A DNA stretch of 63,997 nucleotides, filler included, from Octopus bimaculoides (lineage: Eukaryota), in the NCBI RefSeq assembly GCF_001194135.2. It is 5 parts of 4 records of this genome, joined end to end, with 100 filler letters (N's around TTAATTAATTAA, not from the genome) between each part and the next. Parts side by side here need not be neighbours in the genome. Positions count along the whole stretch, not along the records: positions 1 to 14,580 come from NC_068988.1; positions 14,681 to 31,837 come from NC_068981.1; 3 more parts are not named here. One strand, written 5' to 3'. A model generated the notes under the pieces. The model saw only the letters and a program-made list of their open reading frames with translations. It was not told the DNA's origin and made no database searches. Positions 13,499-26,468 of the stretch are shown piece after piece. Position 1 is the stretch's first letter. Each line of letters starts with the position of its first letter. Both the position numbers and the translations under genes were made by a program.

Positions 13499-13730
13499 GA
13501 TCTGATCAATAAGTATTCTGATCAATAACGAACCTAAATGATGCAGAGTAAAACCACTTGCACAAATTGACCTTGAACTTTGCTGTGCATGCGCACTAAG
13601 TTTTAACTAGTTCTAGCTTGCTTCCGCTGTTTACACCAGTGTTTGGAAGGAAGGTGTGTAGCGTGTGATCGTTGCATTGACCATGACAGTGAAAGTTGAG
13701 CAGAGAATCTGCATCAAATTTTTCTAAAAG
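13494..13730 (+). mobile_element. Second 5' fragment of the same mariner family
   Basis: Homologous to 10373-10570 and encodes MTVKVEQRICIKFF. It starts in a (TA)n tract. Confidence 0.85.
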
Positions 13731-13787
13731 TAACTAGGCGTTAGATATTACTTATAGAATTTTCAGCATCACTGAAGTCATCATTGG

Positions 13788-13908
13788 CCATCTGGAAAAT
13801 AAGAAATAAGAAATAAGTCAATAAGAAAATGCAAGAAATCTCCATTAGTAATGGAGATTTTTTGTATTTTCTTATTGACTTATTTTCTATTTCTTAATTT
13901 CCAGATGG
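13788..13908. repeat. Near-perfect palindrome with 60-bp arms and 1-nt spacer
   Basis: Left arm 13788-13847 versus the reverse complement of 13849-13908 gives 55/60 identity by manual alignment. Confidence 0.95.
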
Positions 13909-14462
13909 AAATGTTTAATCGCAGCCCACAAAAATCAACACGCCAAGCAGCTCATGAAGGTGGACTAACAAGACACAATACGTACGGTGTTGCGTATAGA
14001 ACTGAATTTTCGTCCGTGGAATCCCCATTCCGGGCAGGAGTTAAAACCTGATGACTGTGACCGCAGAAATCCAGAACTCTTAGAACTCCAAGAAGTTCAG
14101 AACTCCAAGAAGTCCAGAAATCCAAGAAGTCTAGAACTCCAAGAAGTCCAGATCTTACTCCATGTGATATTTACCTGTGGGGTTACAGAAAATAGGAGGT
14201 GTACAAGACAAAACCTCGCACGCACGCTGGAGGTCTTGGAGACACGGATTCAGGAAGTTCTCAATAATATCCCAGACGACATCCTTCAGAAGGTTGTTTA
14301 TTCCATACCTGGCCGTTTGAGGAAATTGGTTGACGCCACCGGTGCTCACGATGGAATATGAAGATTTAAAAACTTGTATCATTTGTTTCAAGAAATTTGT
14401 AAAAGCTATATGAATGTAATTATCAATTTTTAATGCCTACATACTTTTCACCCACCCTGTAT
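13909..14462 (+). mobile_element. Internally deleted Tc1/mariner element (rosa/DD41D-like), 3' TIR present
   Basis: Translation MFNRSPQKSTRQAA...ELKPDDCDRR followed by RSPDLTPCDIYLWGY...LETRIQEVLNNIPDDILQKVVYSIPGRLRKLVDATGAH. It ends in CACCCACCCTG+TA, i.e. a CAGGGTG-type TIR. The catalytic middle is missing. Confidence 0.8.
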
Positions 14463-14533
14463 ATATATACATATGTATTAATATATCCTTATGTATATGT
14501 ATGTATGTGTGTGTGAGTCTCAGTATGCATATG

Positions 14534-14580
<47 letters not shown>

Positions 14581-14680
14581 NNNNNNNNNNNNNNNNNNNN
14601 NNNNNNNNNNNNNNNNNNNNNNNNTTAATTAATTAANNNNNNNNNNNNNNNNNNNNNNNNNNNNNNNNNNNNNNNNNNNN
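14581..14680. other. Scaffolding gap pad N44-TTAATTAATTAA-N44 (also at 31882, 52818, 62120)
   Basis: The identical 12-mer is centred in a 100-nt gap four times, so it is an assembly artefact. Confidence 0.9.
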
Positions 14681-15566
14681 ATATATATGTTTGTATGTAT
14701 ATACATATATATACATAAATAGATAGATAGTTAGATAGATAGATAGATAGATATCGGTGTGCGCGTATGTGTGTGTGAATGCATGTATGCATGTGTGTAT
14801 ATACATGCATACGACGGGCTTCCATAGGGGTTCCACTAATCTAGTTAGACATTTAGCCATTGCTCATTCCGGGGCGTTCGATGGGCATAGTACCGCGTAA
14901 TGGGACTGAACTCAAAACGACGCTGTTCTGAAGTGAACTTTTAAACTACACAGAGATGCCCAAACACATATAAGCCGCACAGCATACGCCGACGTAAATA
15001 GATATGGTGTTGATATTGTTGATTCCAGTAAATCGGCTCTGATCGGCCAGACTTTGGATCAAATGCAAACGAGCTACAACACTCATGTTTTCTTTTAGAA
15101 AATTGTGTACTCAGCATTACATTATCGCACGTCTCCTTTGTCTTCTTCCTGATTGTAGTATACGATATGAAGAAAATTTGACTACTATTTCTAGCAGGTG
15201 TGGAGATCACAAAACTGCTTCTTCATATGGATCTATATAGATAAGTTTGAACATCTGTCTATTTATCAGTCTGGTTATCCCTTACATCTTCTCTTTCAAT
15301 TATTAACATATTAATTATGATATTTCTTTAGAAAGCAACAATCGCTAATGGATTAAATATGCATACAAGTAAAATTTGCTATCGTAAATCTACAAAGCAA
15401 CATATTTGAAATAATAAGACGGCAAACAATTTCCTAGATATCTCATTAATTACATTCTAAGTTCTACAGCTTTTTCAAGGATTAAAATACAAATATTATC
15501 AGCCCTAAAATTATTTGAGGATTGTTATGTATAATCATATTACTATGGTAATATTATATACTTTTA

Positions 15567-16100
15567 TTCTTTTATTTATTTCAGTCATTTGACTGCAGTG
15601 ATGTTGGAGCACCGCCTTTAGTCGAACAAATAGATTCAAGGACTTATATTTTGTAAGCCTAGTACTTATTCTACCGGTAACTTTTGCCGAACCGCTAGGT
15701 TTTGACAACATCGGTTGTCAAGCGATGATGGGAGCAAACACAGACATATACATACATACATACATACATACATACACACATATATACATTTAAATAATAA
15801 GGGTAAAAAAATTGAATATTAATTTGATTAATATCAATTTAAATCAGTGGCCTAGCATGTTGAAGAAATCCGAAAATTCAGAAAAATTATTTTACATACA
15901 TACAAGAGGGATATAGCATATCGGATATCCAATTAGTGGTCATCCCTCTTATATGTATATACATATATATATAGGACAAGCTTCTTTCAGTTTCCGTCTC
16001 GCAAATCCACTCACAAAACTTTGGTCGGCCCGAGGCTATAGTAGGAGACACTTGCCCAAGTTTCCACGCAGTGGGAATGAACCCAGAACCATGTGGTTGA
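15567..16100 (-). mobile_element. Composite SINE-B with ~160 bp inserted in its internal microsatellite
   Basis: 3' half at 15567-15760, 5' half at 15960-16100, and unrelated sequence at 15790-15950. Confidence 0.75.
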
Positions 16101-17854
16101 NNNNNNNNNNNNNNNNNNNNNNNNNNNNNNNNNNNNNNNNNNNNNNNNNNNNNNNNNNNNNNNNNNNNNNNNNNNNNNNNNNNNNNNNNNNNNNNNNNNN
16201 NNNNNNNNNNNNNNNNNNNNNNNNNNNNNNNNNNNNNNNNNNNNNNNNNNNNNNNNNNNNNNNNNNNNNNNNNNNNNNNNNNNNNNNNNNNNNNNNNNNN
16301 NNNNNNNNNNNNNNNNNNNNNNNNNNNNNNNNNNNNNNNNNNNNNNNNNNNNNNNNNNNNNNNNNNNNNNNNNNNNNNNNNNNNNNNNNNNNNNNNNNNN
16401 NNNNNNNNNNNNNNNNNNNNNNNNNNNNNNNNNNNNNNNNNNNNNNNNNNNNNNNNNNNNNNNNNNNNNNNNNNNNNNNNNNNNNNNNNNNNNNNNNNNN
16501 NNNNNNNNNNNNNNNNNNNNNNNNNNNNNNNNNNNNNNNNNNNNNNNNNNNNNNNNNNNNNNNNNNNNNNNNNNNNNNNNNNNNNNNNNNNNNNNNNNNN
16601 NNNNNNNNNNNNNNNNNNNNNNNNNNNNNNNNNNNNNNNNNNNNNNNNNNNNNNNNNNNNNNNNNNNNNNNNNNNNNNNNNNNNNNNNNNNNNNNNNNNN
16701 NNNNNNNNNNNNNNNNNNNNNNNNNNNNNNNNNNNNNNNNNNNNNNNNNNNNNNNNNNNNNNNNNNNNNNNNNNNNNNNNNNNNNNNNNNNNNNNNNNNN
16801 NNNNNNNNNNNNNNNNNNNNNNNNNNNNNNNNNNNNNNNNNNNNNNNNNNNNNNNNNNNNNNNNNNNNNNNNNNNNNNNNNNNNNNNNNNNNNNNNNNNN
16901 NNNNNNNNNNNNNNNNNNNNNNNNNNNNNNNNNNNNNNNNNNNNNNNNNNNNNNNNNNNNNNNNNNNNNNNNNNNNNNNNNNNNNNNNNNNNNNNNNNNN
17001 NNNNNNNNNNNNNNNNNNNNNNNNNNNNNNNNNNNNNNNNNNNNNNNNNNNNNNNNNNNNNATATATATATATATATATATATACATATATATATAGGAC
17101 AAGCTTCTTTCAGTTTCCGTCTCGCAAATCCACTCACAAAACTTTGGTCGGCCCGAGGCTATAGTAGGAGACACTTGCCCAAGTTTCCACGCAGTGGGAA
17201 TGAACCCAGAACCATGTGGTTGATAAGCAAGCTACCTACCACACACTCACTCTTGTACCTATGTTAATGAAGCTATTATATGAGAAACGATATTTAAATT
17301 TTAACCGTAAATGAGTTTACAAATATCATTGTAAAACTGGTATGTCTAATAATGTTACACGGCTAAATGTATATAAGTCTTTGGATGGACAATGGTTTGG
17401 ATGAGTGCTGACAAAGGAGCAGAAACTCCCGAAATGTGGCATATACACTATTAGCCATTTTTCGTTTTCGATCTCATTGTTGTTTACATCCTGCGCCTCG
17501 GATACATAACATCGTAACAAAATCAGTGCTAGCTAATATTTCTATAGAAAATCACTAGAGATAAACTTAACATGACACTGCTTAGTGGCTGTGGCAAAAG
17601 AGGCTGTGTGGTGAACATTTCTGCAAGGTTTTGAAGACAGGCTCTTTCGTATCTGGTCAAGCTTCCACCAATTTCTTCAAATATCATTTGAAGTGGAGTG
17701 TTAAGGTAGAGACGGATCTGTTGCTTTATCACAAGTTGGAAGGGAGTTGTTATATCCTTTAGTGTTGAAGTATCATGTCTCTTTGATCGATATAAAACCT
17801 ACCTGTCTTGTGTGTTGTATATCTTGTGTGTTGTATCTCTGTCTTGTGTGTTGT

Positions 17855-18060
17855 ATTATTGCCTTTGCCCAGCTTCTAACGCTGGAGATGTACTACAATG
17901 TCAGCTGTTCACTATCAGTGGACTAAGGTAACACCTCTTATTTTTCGAACATCTTCCAGAGTATTCGACCGGTTCCAAGCAGTGCTGTTTTCTACAAGTG
18001 CTCCACCCTTATTGCAACTCCTATTGGTTCAAAGTACATTTCAAGAATTTTACTCACTGA

Positions 18061-18062
<2 letters not shown>
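17855..18062 (-). mobile_element. R4/Dong-like LINE 3' end
   Basis: Minus translation LEMYFEPIGVAIRVEHL*KTALLGTGRILWKMFEK* matches the C-terminal QKxxLLGTAxILRKVL motif. The 5' junction is an (AAT)20 tract. Confidence 0.8.
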
Positions 18063-18125
<63 letters not shown>

Positions 18126-18459
18126 GTTATACTCAAATGCAACAAGATAACTCAACTATCCTAGACAGAACTGTAAAATACATAAAGGTTAGCCACGAAG
18201 CTAAATTAAAAGAAAAGTCAACACAAATTAATAAATGAAAAACATATAGTTCATTGAGCAGATAGTGCCTCTTAGCAATAGACTCAAACGTGACAACAGG
18301 ACCACACGAGTTCCTGTTATCTGACAAAAACATAACATAAGCTGTCAGAAATGTATCAAGTAAGGAAACAGAGGATTTGATGAAGTGAAATTAATATTCT
18401 CGCGATTCTCTCTTATATCAAGAAAAGGAACGACAACCACTACGAAACATTTTAAATAC

Positions 18460-18595
18460 AGGCGGAGAGCTGGCAGAAACGTTAGCCCGCCGGGCAAAAT
18501 GCTTAGCAGTATTTCGTCTGCCGTTACGTTCTGAGTTCAAATTCCGCCGAGGTCGACTTTGCCTATCATCCTTTCGGGGTTGATAAATTAAGTAC
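18460..18595 (+). mobile_element. SINE-A, low divergence, 3'-truncated
   Basis: GGCGGAGAGCTGGCAGAAACGTTAG...GAGTTCAAATTCCGCCGAGGTCGACTTTGCC. Confidence 0.9.
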
Positions 18596-18661
18596 ATATA
18601 TGAATGTATGTATATACATATGTCTGTGTGTGTGTGTATTATACATATGTATATATATATT

Positions 18662-18705
<44 letters not shown>

Positions 18706-19345
18706 ATATATATACAGGTATATGTAAAAATATCTATCTATCTATCTATTTATGCTTTATGTATAGTTACATATAAATGTAATTCCATAGTGTACATACT
18801 GATCTTTATGAAAAAGTGTAAAGAAGGCAGTTATGAGTTATTAAAAGAGACATACTTTAGCTAAAAGCATTATTCATACTTACTCATAAAAAAATAGTAA
18901 TATATTTTATTGCTTTTGCTCTCAGCAGTTCTAAATTGGCCAATTTTGGCGCATATTATTGGGAACACATTCAAGTGAAATTCATCATCAAGTTAAGAAT
19001 ATTTTCAGATGGAACTTCAGCATTTTCGCTAAGAGAAACCTGTTTGATTGCTTCGTACCGGTAAAGGAAGTTTTGTGGAATACAATATTCTATAAAAATA
19101 AAATATTCATTATTTACCAAATATAATGTATAGTTAGTAGAAAATAGATATAAACTGAGCAGAGAATAGGATGAATACACAGTATGGAACGGAATACGTA
19201 CTGGACTGATAATAGAATATCTATTGGGTGAATGGAATTTATACTGGCAGAAAATTAAATAGAGATAAGTGTGCATACTGGGTATAGTGGTTATAGAGAA
19301 GATGTAAGAGATAGAGAAAAGTATACACATTATATATACATACAT

Positions 19346-19411
<66 letters not shown>

Positions 19412-20513
19412 ATATATATGTATATGTATGTATATGTATGTATGTATGTATGTGTGTGTGTGTGTGTGCTTGTGTGTGTGCATTAAATATGTAATGGCCT
19501 GCACAAAAATTATACACTGAATTACACAATAGGAAAAATACGCAGAAAACAATATCATTTATATAGATATACTGACCTAAGATATATATCTAAGTATTTC
19601 TTATTAAGTCTATTTGTATAAAAATGTAAAGATCTTGTCTTAAACACAATGTTTACTTGACCTGAAAAATGTGATCATCTGGATTTGGTTTAATTTTACG
19701 CTAGTTTTCCTTGAACAACTGAATAACTTCTAAATGTCTACGGAGTTACTGATTGTAAATCCAAGAACTTCAGTAATTTGGATGGTAGTTTTACAATTAA
19801 TAGCTTATTCATGCATGGACATCAATAAGATTTGTTTCTCTTCTATACTACACTACAAAACATATTTATAGTATGTATAGATATAAACACTTAGCTCAAT
19901 ATCTGATATTGTTTTCAAAAGAATACACGGGGGTAATGAATATAACGTATAGCAGTAGCTTTCTTCAACCGAATACACGCCGTTGATTGGTTGAAATTAC
20001 CCAAATACGGCAAATTTAACACGAAATAACTTCTAAAATACGAAATTTTGTCAAAGACTTTCAGACTAAAAAATGTGTTCTACGCGAGAAATTCTACCAA
20101 TATTCGAAGTTTCAAACTGTTTAGTTAAAAAAAAATTAATTAAAATATCTGTGACTGAGATGGAATAGAGCCGAGTAATTCAAAATCTTCCCCTTCTACA
20201 AATATTAAAGAGATGACGCAGACTTCCGAAAGGCAACGGAACTCCATTTTAGCAACAAAATCTCACCAAAAGGTAAACTTTTGAAAGAAATACAACGACA
20301 ATATACATGAACACTTTTTCAAATGGAACAAATTATGAACACTACATACGACTGGGGAGAATAATGCAAGTACTTGAATACTCCGGTTTGGCCCTCTCCA
20401 AAGATATCATTTTGAAATCAATCAACATTGGTGCTAGTGTATGTTTTCATTGGATTTTGCACATTTTACATTTATTTCATACTTTATAATTGTAACTGTA
20501 CTTACTTAGGAAT

Positions 20514-21360
20514 CACTTTTTCAATCCTCAAAATGTTATGCGTATATTTACAAACATGCTAATACGTATATAATACGAGAAAAGGAAAGAGAGAGAGATG
20601 CTTTCAAAAACAATGGCATCTTGAATTGCAATTATATTTCAACAAGTTGAACACATACGTACAATATAATTGAAAAGAAGCCTCTTTCTCTCTTGTTTTT
20701 TTTCCCTTTCATTCTTCCTTTTTTTCCTTTTTCTCTTTCATTCTTGTCCTTCTTCCTAAAATCGACACCTTGAAAGGTCATTTGGCATCAATGATGTTTT
20801 AGTCAAAGAGGACTCCATAATAAATGCTTTCGTCTACTCTCTACTCCACTTCCTCTTTTCTCTTTCTCTTTTACTAAACAAAACAAAGCAACATATATCA
20901 CTTTTCCAATCCTCAAACTGTAATGTGTATATTTACAAACATGTTAATATCTGCATTATAAGCGAAGAGGAGGGGAGAGAAATAGATGCTTTCAAAAACA
21001 AAGACTAAATCAAAAATGACATCTTGAATTGTAATTAAATTTCAATGGTTGACCACATCGATATAATATAATTGAAAAGAAGCCTCTTTCTTTCTGTCTA
21101 GCTTTCCCCTTTCATTTTTCTTTCTTGTACTTCTTCTTGTCTTTCTCTCTTTCTCCCTTTCTCCCTTTCTCCAAAAACAAAATTAACATCTTGAAAAGTC
21201 ATTTAGCATCAACTACGTGTTAGGCAAAGACCATCCCAAGATAAATGCTTTCTTCTCCTTTCCTTTCTCTTCCTTGTCTATCCTCCTCTGTCTACCCTAC
21301 TCCTCCCTCCATTCCTATTTTCTCTTTCTCGTTTCTAAACAAAACAAAACAAATCAACAT
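20514..21360. repeat. Diverged tandem duplication, ~390-460 bp unit, 2 copies
   Basis: The blocks 'aatcctcaaa..tgt', 'atatttacaaacatg', 'gatgctttcaaaaac', 'aattgaaaagaagcctctttct', 'cttgaaa.gtcattt.gcatcaa' and 'ataaatgctttc' recur in the same order. Confidence 0.85.
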
Positions 21361-21404
21361 CTTTTCGATTTGTATAAAAGACTGAAGAAATTTTCTGTAC
21401 ATCA

Positions 21405-21447
21405 TATCTGAAGAGCTCGACTAAACGGACCGGACGAAAGCACTAAT
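21405..21447 (+). ncRNA. Degenerate minimal type I hammerhead ribozyme candidate
   Basis: tat-CTGAAGA-gctcg actaaa cggac(cggac)-GAAAG cac TA-ata. The core boxes are present but stems II and III are imperfect. Confidence 0.3.
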
Positions 21448-21864
21448 AAAGAATTATCCCAAATTCTGACTGCCTCCTTCTTAATATACAATATCTGTAT
21501 ATTACTTCAAAAATTCCATATATATATGTATGTGTGTGTGTGTGTGTGTGTGCGTGCGCGCGCGTGTGTGTGCGTGTGTGCGTGTGTGAGTGTGTGTGTA
21601 CGTACTCTATATAAATTTATAAGCAGTCTTTTGTGGTTGTTTCCATCTCATACATTCTAGGAATATTAGTGAAGTGTAAGGTAACATGAATAGCTGCATA
21701 ATAACATCACGTGAGTAAGTGATACATATTTAAGTATCTGAAGAAAAGAAATTTTATACAACATGAATCCTGTTTGCAAAAATTAATATTCCAAGCGACC
21801 GTTGCCCCAAATACAGTTGCTAACATCATAACCGAGACCTGCTAGAAATACAAGGGTTATGGGG

Positions 21865-22870
21865 TGACAGTTAACCATCTCTAGAGTGTGGATAAACTCA
21901 AACTCTATGGTGAAAAGCACAGCCAAGAGCAGAATTATTAAATGCAGTGTACATGTTAAGTAAGAATGCTTGTGCGATATTAGATCTTGTTAAAATATCA
22001 CAGGGCAAATGTGAAGAGAAGAAATGTAATGAAAGCTGGCAATAGAATGTTATAAAATGAAATAGAGAAATGAAAATTAGACTGCAGGTAGGCTTAGACA
22101 TAATTAGCAATAAATGAACTAGACAGAAAACATCACGCACTAATGAAGGAGATATTATATTAACACTAAAATGGAGATAAAGCTAATTAGACTTAATAAT
22201 CTAGATATTCTAGAGGTTATAGTTATAATATTCTTAACTGGAAAAGAGAATTAGCAAGACTAGTTAGGAAAACAGGAAAACAAATCCAGATTGCATTTAG
22301 AATATTACAAAAGAGATAGCACAAAAACGTTATCCATATGACAAATACTGACAGTTTAAATTGAAAAGTATTATAAAATGGGTTTACAGTAAGTGTCTAC
22401 TAAAGAATAAAGATTTACGAATACATTTTGCATAAATGAATTTATAAATATAAAACAGGAATTTCACATTTAAATGGATGTAAAAAAAGAGGTAAACCAA
22501 AAACGATTTAAAATCATAAATTTATTAATCAATGTCAATTATATTGGCAAGAAAAAGAGTGAGCTAGGCGAAAACAAATTAAAAAAACCCCAACATATTG
22601 CTTGTTGAGAAATCCAGGAATAAAAGTAAACCTGAAAGTTATTTATCTTTTATCATACCACAAGACCAAAGCTTTGTTTTAGAAACGACTAATAAAGCAG
22701 AGTGCAAAATTAACTGAATGTTGTGAAGAACCAATCAATCATATTGTGTCTAGATGTCCAGTCTTATCTTAAACTGAATATATAAAGAGTTGTGACAAGA
22801 GTAGCTGTTTTATACACCGCGAACGATGCTACAAAATGTATTAAAGATTGAGAAACAAGTTACATAGTGT
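21865..22870 (+). mobile_element. Highly decayed R4/Dong-like LINE (RT to CCHC zinc knuckle)
   Basis: NHL..VDKLKLYGEK (equivalent to NHLLYMDDLKLYAK), ELDRK, YWQEK, LLRNPGIK...IIPQDQS and CEEPINHIVSRCPVLS*TEYIK. Confidence 0.75.
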
Positions 22871-23109
22871 AACTTGGCGAGTTACAGTCCAGACAGAATA
22901 ATAAAGCGAAACAATCCCTGCTAGTATTGTTAATAATATTCAGCGTATAGTGGGATCTAATTGACACATCAGTTCTCAACTTCGGAAACATATCATTGAC
23001 GAAAAAAGGAGGGAAAAACGTACTACTATTTTTAACGACTGGAAAAAGGGATATTAAGAATGATATAGTGATTGAATACACTAGCAATTCTCGTAATAAC
23101 GGGCGATTA

Positions 23110-23325
23110 GAAGGTGGCGAACTGGCAGAAGTCAGCAGACCAGGCAAAATGCTTGGCTGCGTTACTTCCATCTTTACGTTCCCAGTTCAGATACCCACAA
23201 GGTCGACTTTGCCTTTTATCTTTCTTCGGTCAATAAAATAAGTACCAGCTGAGAATTGAGGTCGATGTAATCGACTTACCCCCTCCCGCAACATTTCAGG
23301 CCGTATGCTTATAGAAGAAAGGATA
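23110..23325 (+). mobile_element. SINE-A
   Basis: AAGGTGGCGAACTGGCAGAAG head, central domain, and ATTTCAGGCCGTATGC 3' end. Confidence 0.85.
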
Positions 23326-24049
23326 ATAACTGGTGACTTATTAAAAACGAAATGCTGACGTCACTATATATAGATATGAATGTCTGAAGGTATTGAAAGT
23401 ATTAAATACATTGTTGAACTAGACATCCTTTAGCCCTGATCAAAATGGTCTAGCGTCCAGGATAAGAACAACGATAATACTCCTGTTTACTTTATTAGTG
23501 TATATATCAAGGAATACATTATATACAACGATACAGTCGGTAGAGTGTCCGGCTTGAGATATTTGATTCGATTCTTTACGTTCTGAGTTCAAATCCCGCC
23601 CAGGTCAGCTTTGCTTTTCATCATTTCAGGATCAATATAAGAATACTGTTTAGGGTCAGGTGACCAGCAGATCTGTACGAATGTCAGATACACTCTCCTA
23701 ACCCTCCTATCTGCCTGAGAAACAGGTTTGTAATTTGAGGGATTTTCGACTTCTATTTCTAGTATATCCAGCAGCCACATAGCGGCTACCCTGCTATCGG
23801 TGTAGTTTGCTGATGGTAACCCCGGACCAACATTGATTGAGTAGTCTCACAGCCACAAGTAGTCTGCCGAACGAAGTCGTGCAACTCATAGAAGTTCTAT
23901 ATCCCAGTTATACTATATCACCACACACCTGAAAATCTCTTATCATGAAACCGTACGATAAAAAGATAAATTGCATGAGGTACACTATGATAATGTTTAG
24001 TTCTTGTTCCCTTTTCACTGCCTAGAATACCCCCTATACGCGCATACAT

Positions 24050-24620
24050 TATTGCGGTGAGCGCAATAGAAACAGTAACTTAAATAGAATAGAATGAAAT
24101 GAGTGCATCAGTTTGTGAGCTTCCGCATTTAATGCTAATAGTTTGATTTCTAGCATAGTGTTTGTTACTAGTGAGACTATGGCTGTAGCATCTATTTCTG
24201 TGTGCCTATGTTCTTCAAACGTCTAGTCAAAATTGGAGAGATAGTATTCTTAGAATGTTATTGTTGCAGAATTCTGGGCTGTTGCATATGCATCTAGGTG
24301 TTTGATGTTGTATATCATAGGGATTAAAAGATTGATCTAGTTGTATTCTGTTTTCTAGCAAACTTATACAGTTTTCAATTAATAGTACAACTGTGAATGG
24401 AGAATAGTATGTGAATGTTAGTGCGATGTTATCTGTGTATGAGGCTGCATGTATATTTTATGGCGGTTTTGGAAACTTGTGTAGATATAGGTTATATACT
24501 GCGGGTAAAAGAACAGATCAATATATCACTGTAGCATTTTGATTTGGACATTTCAAGTCTGGAAGTATTGTTAATATGAACGACATAAGCTTAAGGGACT
24601 GGCAGGCAACTTTCTGTTGA
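24050..24620 (-). mobile_element. Decayed non-LTR reverse transcriptase fragment (I/Jockey/Nimb-like group)
   Basis: Minus translation SVLLPAVYNLYLHKFPKPP*NIHAASYTDNIAL matches GSVLSPxLxNLY...SYADDI (RT motifs). Confidence 0.65.
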
Positions 24621-26422
24621 TTTTGTTAACATAGTATAGAATATTTGTGACAATGTCGACTACTTTTAAAGATGAATATTGTACTGAGTGGAAGTACCAA
24701 CACAAAGGAAATGTATTATTAATCACAGACTACAACAATATTTAATATATATGCAAAATAGCACCCCACAGACCTATTGGAATTGTGGTTGTTACCAATA
24801 TAGCATATGTATATTTGCCTATGGATGTATACATACATATTTAATTGTAGAAATATATATTAGGAATTTCCTCACCGCTTTTGTAATGTTAGAAATACGC
24901 TCAAACCATGATTAGCCAACACATCGCGTTATTGAATCTCCAAACGGACACAAATTAATGGAAATATATTCTTAATTTTTAAAAAAAATAATCATTAAAG
25001 TTAATGATAAATGTAAAAAGGGCTACGGAAAAGATTATAAGTATTAGGAGCAAAATCAAATCTCTAACAAGAAGAGAAATATATGTGTATAATCCAGATT
25101 TTTGAGTAGATTTCTTAGATGGAAATTGAAAGAAATCCATAACCTTAATTTTTCATTTCTCATCATTTACTGATTTCAGCGAGAGACTGAGTACATACTG
25201 GGACACTACTTATTGGTGGAGATTTTCTTCTTTCCGACGAATATCCATGCCAGAAACAACATTTTCAATCCTATTGTCCCGTCTACAGCTTTCACTGAGC
25301 GTAAATCTAATATATTCACTGTGTAAGTCTAATTGACATTTATTTTTCTTTTCCTGGATCTTAATGTTCACTTACACCCTCCTACTTATATATATGCATA
25401 TATATATATATATATATANNNNNNNNNNNNNNNNNNNNNNNNNNNNNNNNNNNNNNNNNNNNNNNNNNNNNNNNNNNNNNNNNNNNNNNNNNNNNNNNNN
25501 NNNNNNNNNNNNNNNNNNNNNNNNNNNNNNNNNNNNNNNNNNNNNNNNNNNNNNNNNNNNNNNNNNNNNNNNNNNNNNNNNNNNNNNNNNNNNNNNNNNN
25601 NNNNNNNNNNNNNNNNNNNNNNNNNNNNNNNNNNNNNNNNNNNNNNNNNNNNNNNNNNNNNNNNNNNNNNNNNNNNNNNNNNNNNNNNNNNNNNNNNNNN
25701 NNNNNNNNNNNNNNNNNNNNNNNNNNNNNNNNNNNNNNNNNNNNNNNNNNNNNNNNNNNNNNNNNNNNNNNNNNNNNNNNNNNNNNNNNNNNNNNNNNNN
25801 NNNNNNNNNNNNNNNNNNNNNNNNNNNNNNNNNNNNNNNNNNNNNNNNNNNNNNNNNNNNNNNNNNNNNNNNNNNNNNNNNNNNNNNNNNNNNNNNNNNN
25901 NNNNNNNNNNNNNNNNNNNNNNNNNNNNNNNNNNNNNNNNNNNNNNNNNNNNNNNNNNNNNNNNNNNNNNNNNNNNNNNNNNNNNNNNNNNNNNNNNNNN
26001 NNNNNNNNNNNNNNNNNNNNNNNNNNNNNNNNNNNNNNNNNNNNNNNNNNNNNNNNNNNNNNNNNNNNNNNNNNNNNNNNNNNNNNNNNNNNNNNNNNNN
26101 NNNNNNNNNNNNNNNNNNNNNNNNNNNNNNNNNNNNNNNNNNNNNNNNNNNNNNNNNNNNNNNNNNNNNNNNNNNNNNNNNNNNNNNNNNNNNNNNNNNN
26201 NNNNNNNNNNNNNNNNNNNNNNNNNNNNNNNNNNNNNNNNNNNNNNNNNNNNNNNNNNNNNNNNNNNNNNNNNNNNNNNNNNNNNNNNNNNNNNNNNNNN
26301 NNNNNNNNNNNNNNNNNNNNNNNNNNNNNNNNNNNNNNNNNNNNNNNNNNNNNNNNNNNNNNNNNNNNNNNNNNNNNNNNNNNTGTGTGTGTGTGTGTGG
26401 GTGTGTGTGTGTGTGTATGTGT

Positions 26423-26468
<46 letters not shown>

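Noticed and set aside
14625-14636. TTAATTAATTAA palindrome recurring four times (14625, 31882, 52818, 62120)
   Set aside because: It is always centred in an N44-12-N44 block, so it is a scaffolding pad and not biology.
15904-15951. Small hairpin AAGAGGG(G)AT...ATCCCTCTT, considered as a hammerhead
   Set aside because: No CUGANGA or GAAA core on either strand.
15960-17230. Direct repeat of ~135 bp on both sides of the 16101-17061 gap
   Set aside because: The copies are identical and abut the gap, which indicates an unmerged contig overlap (false duplication).
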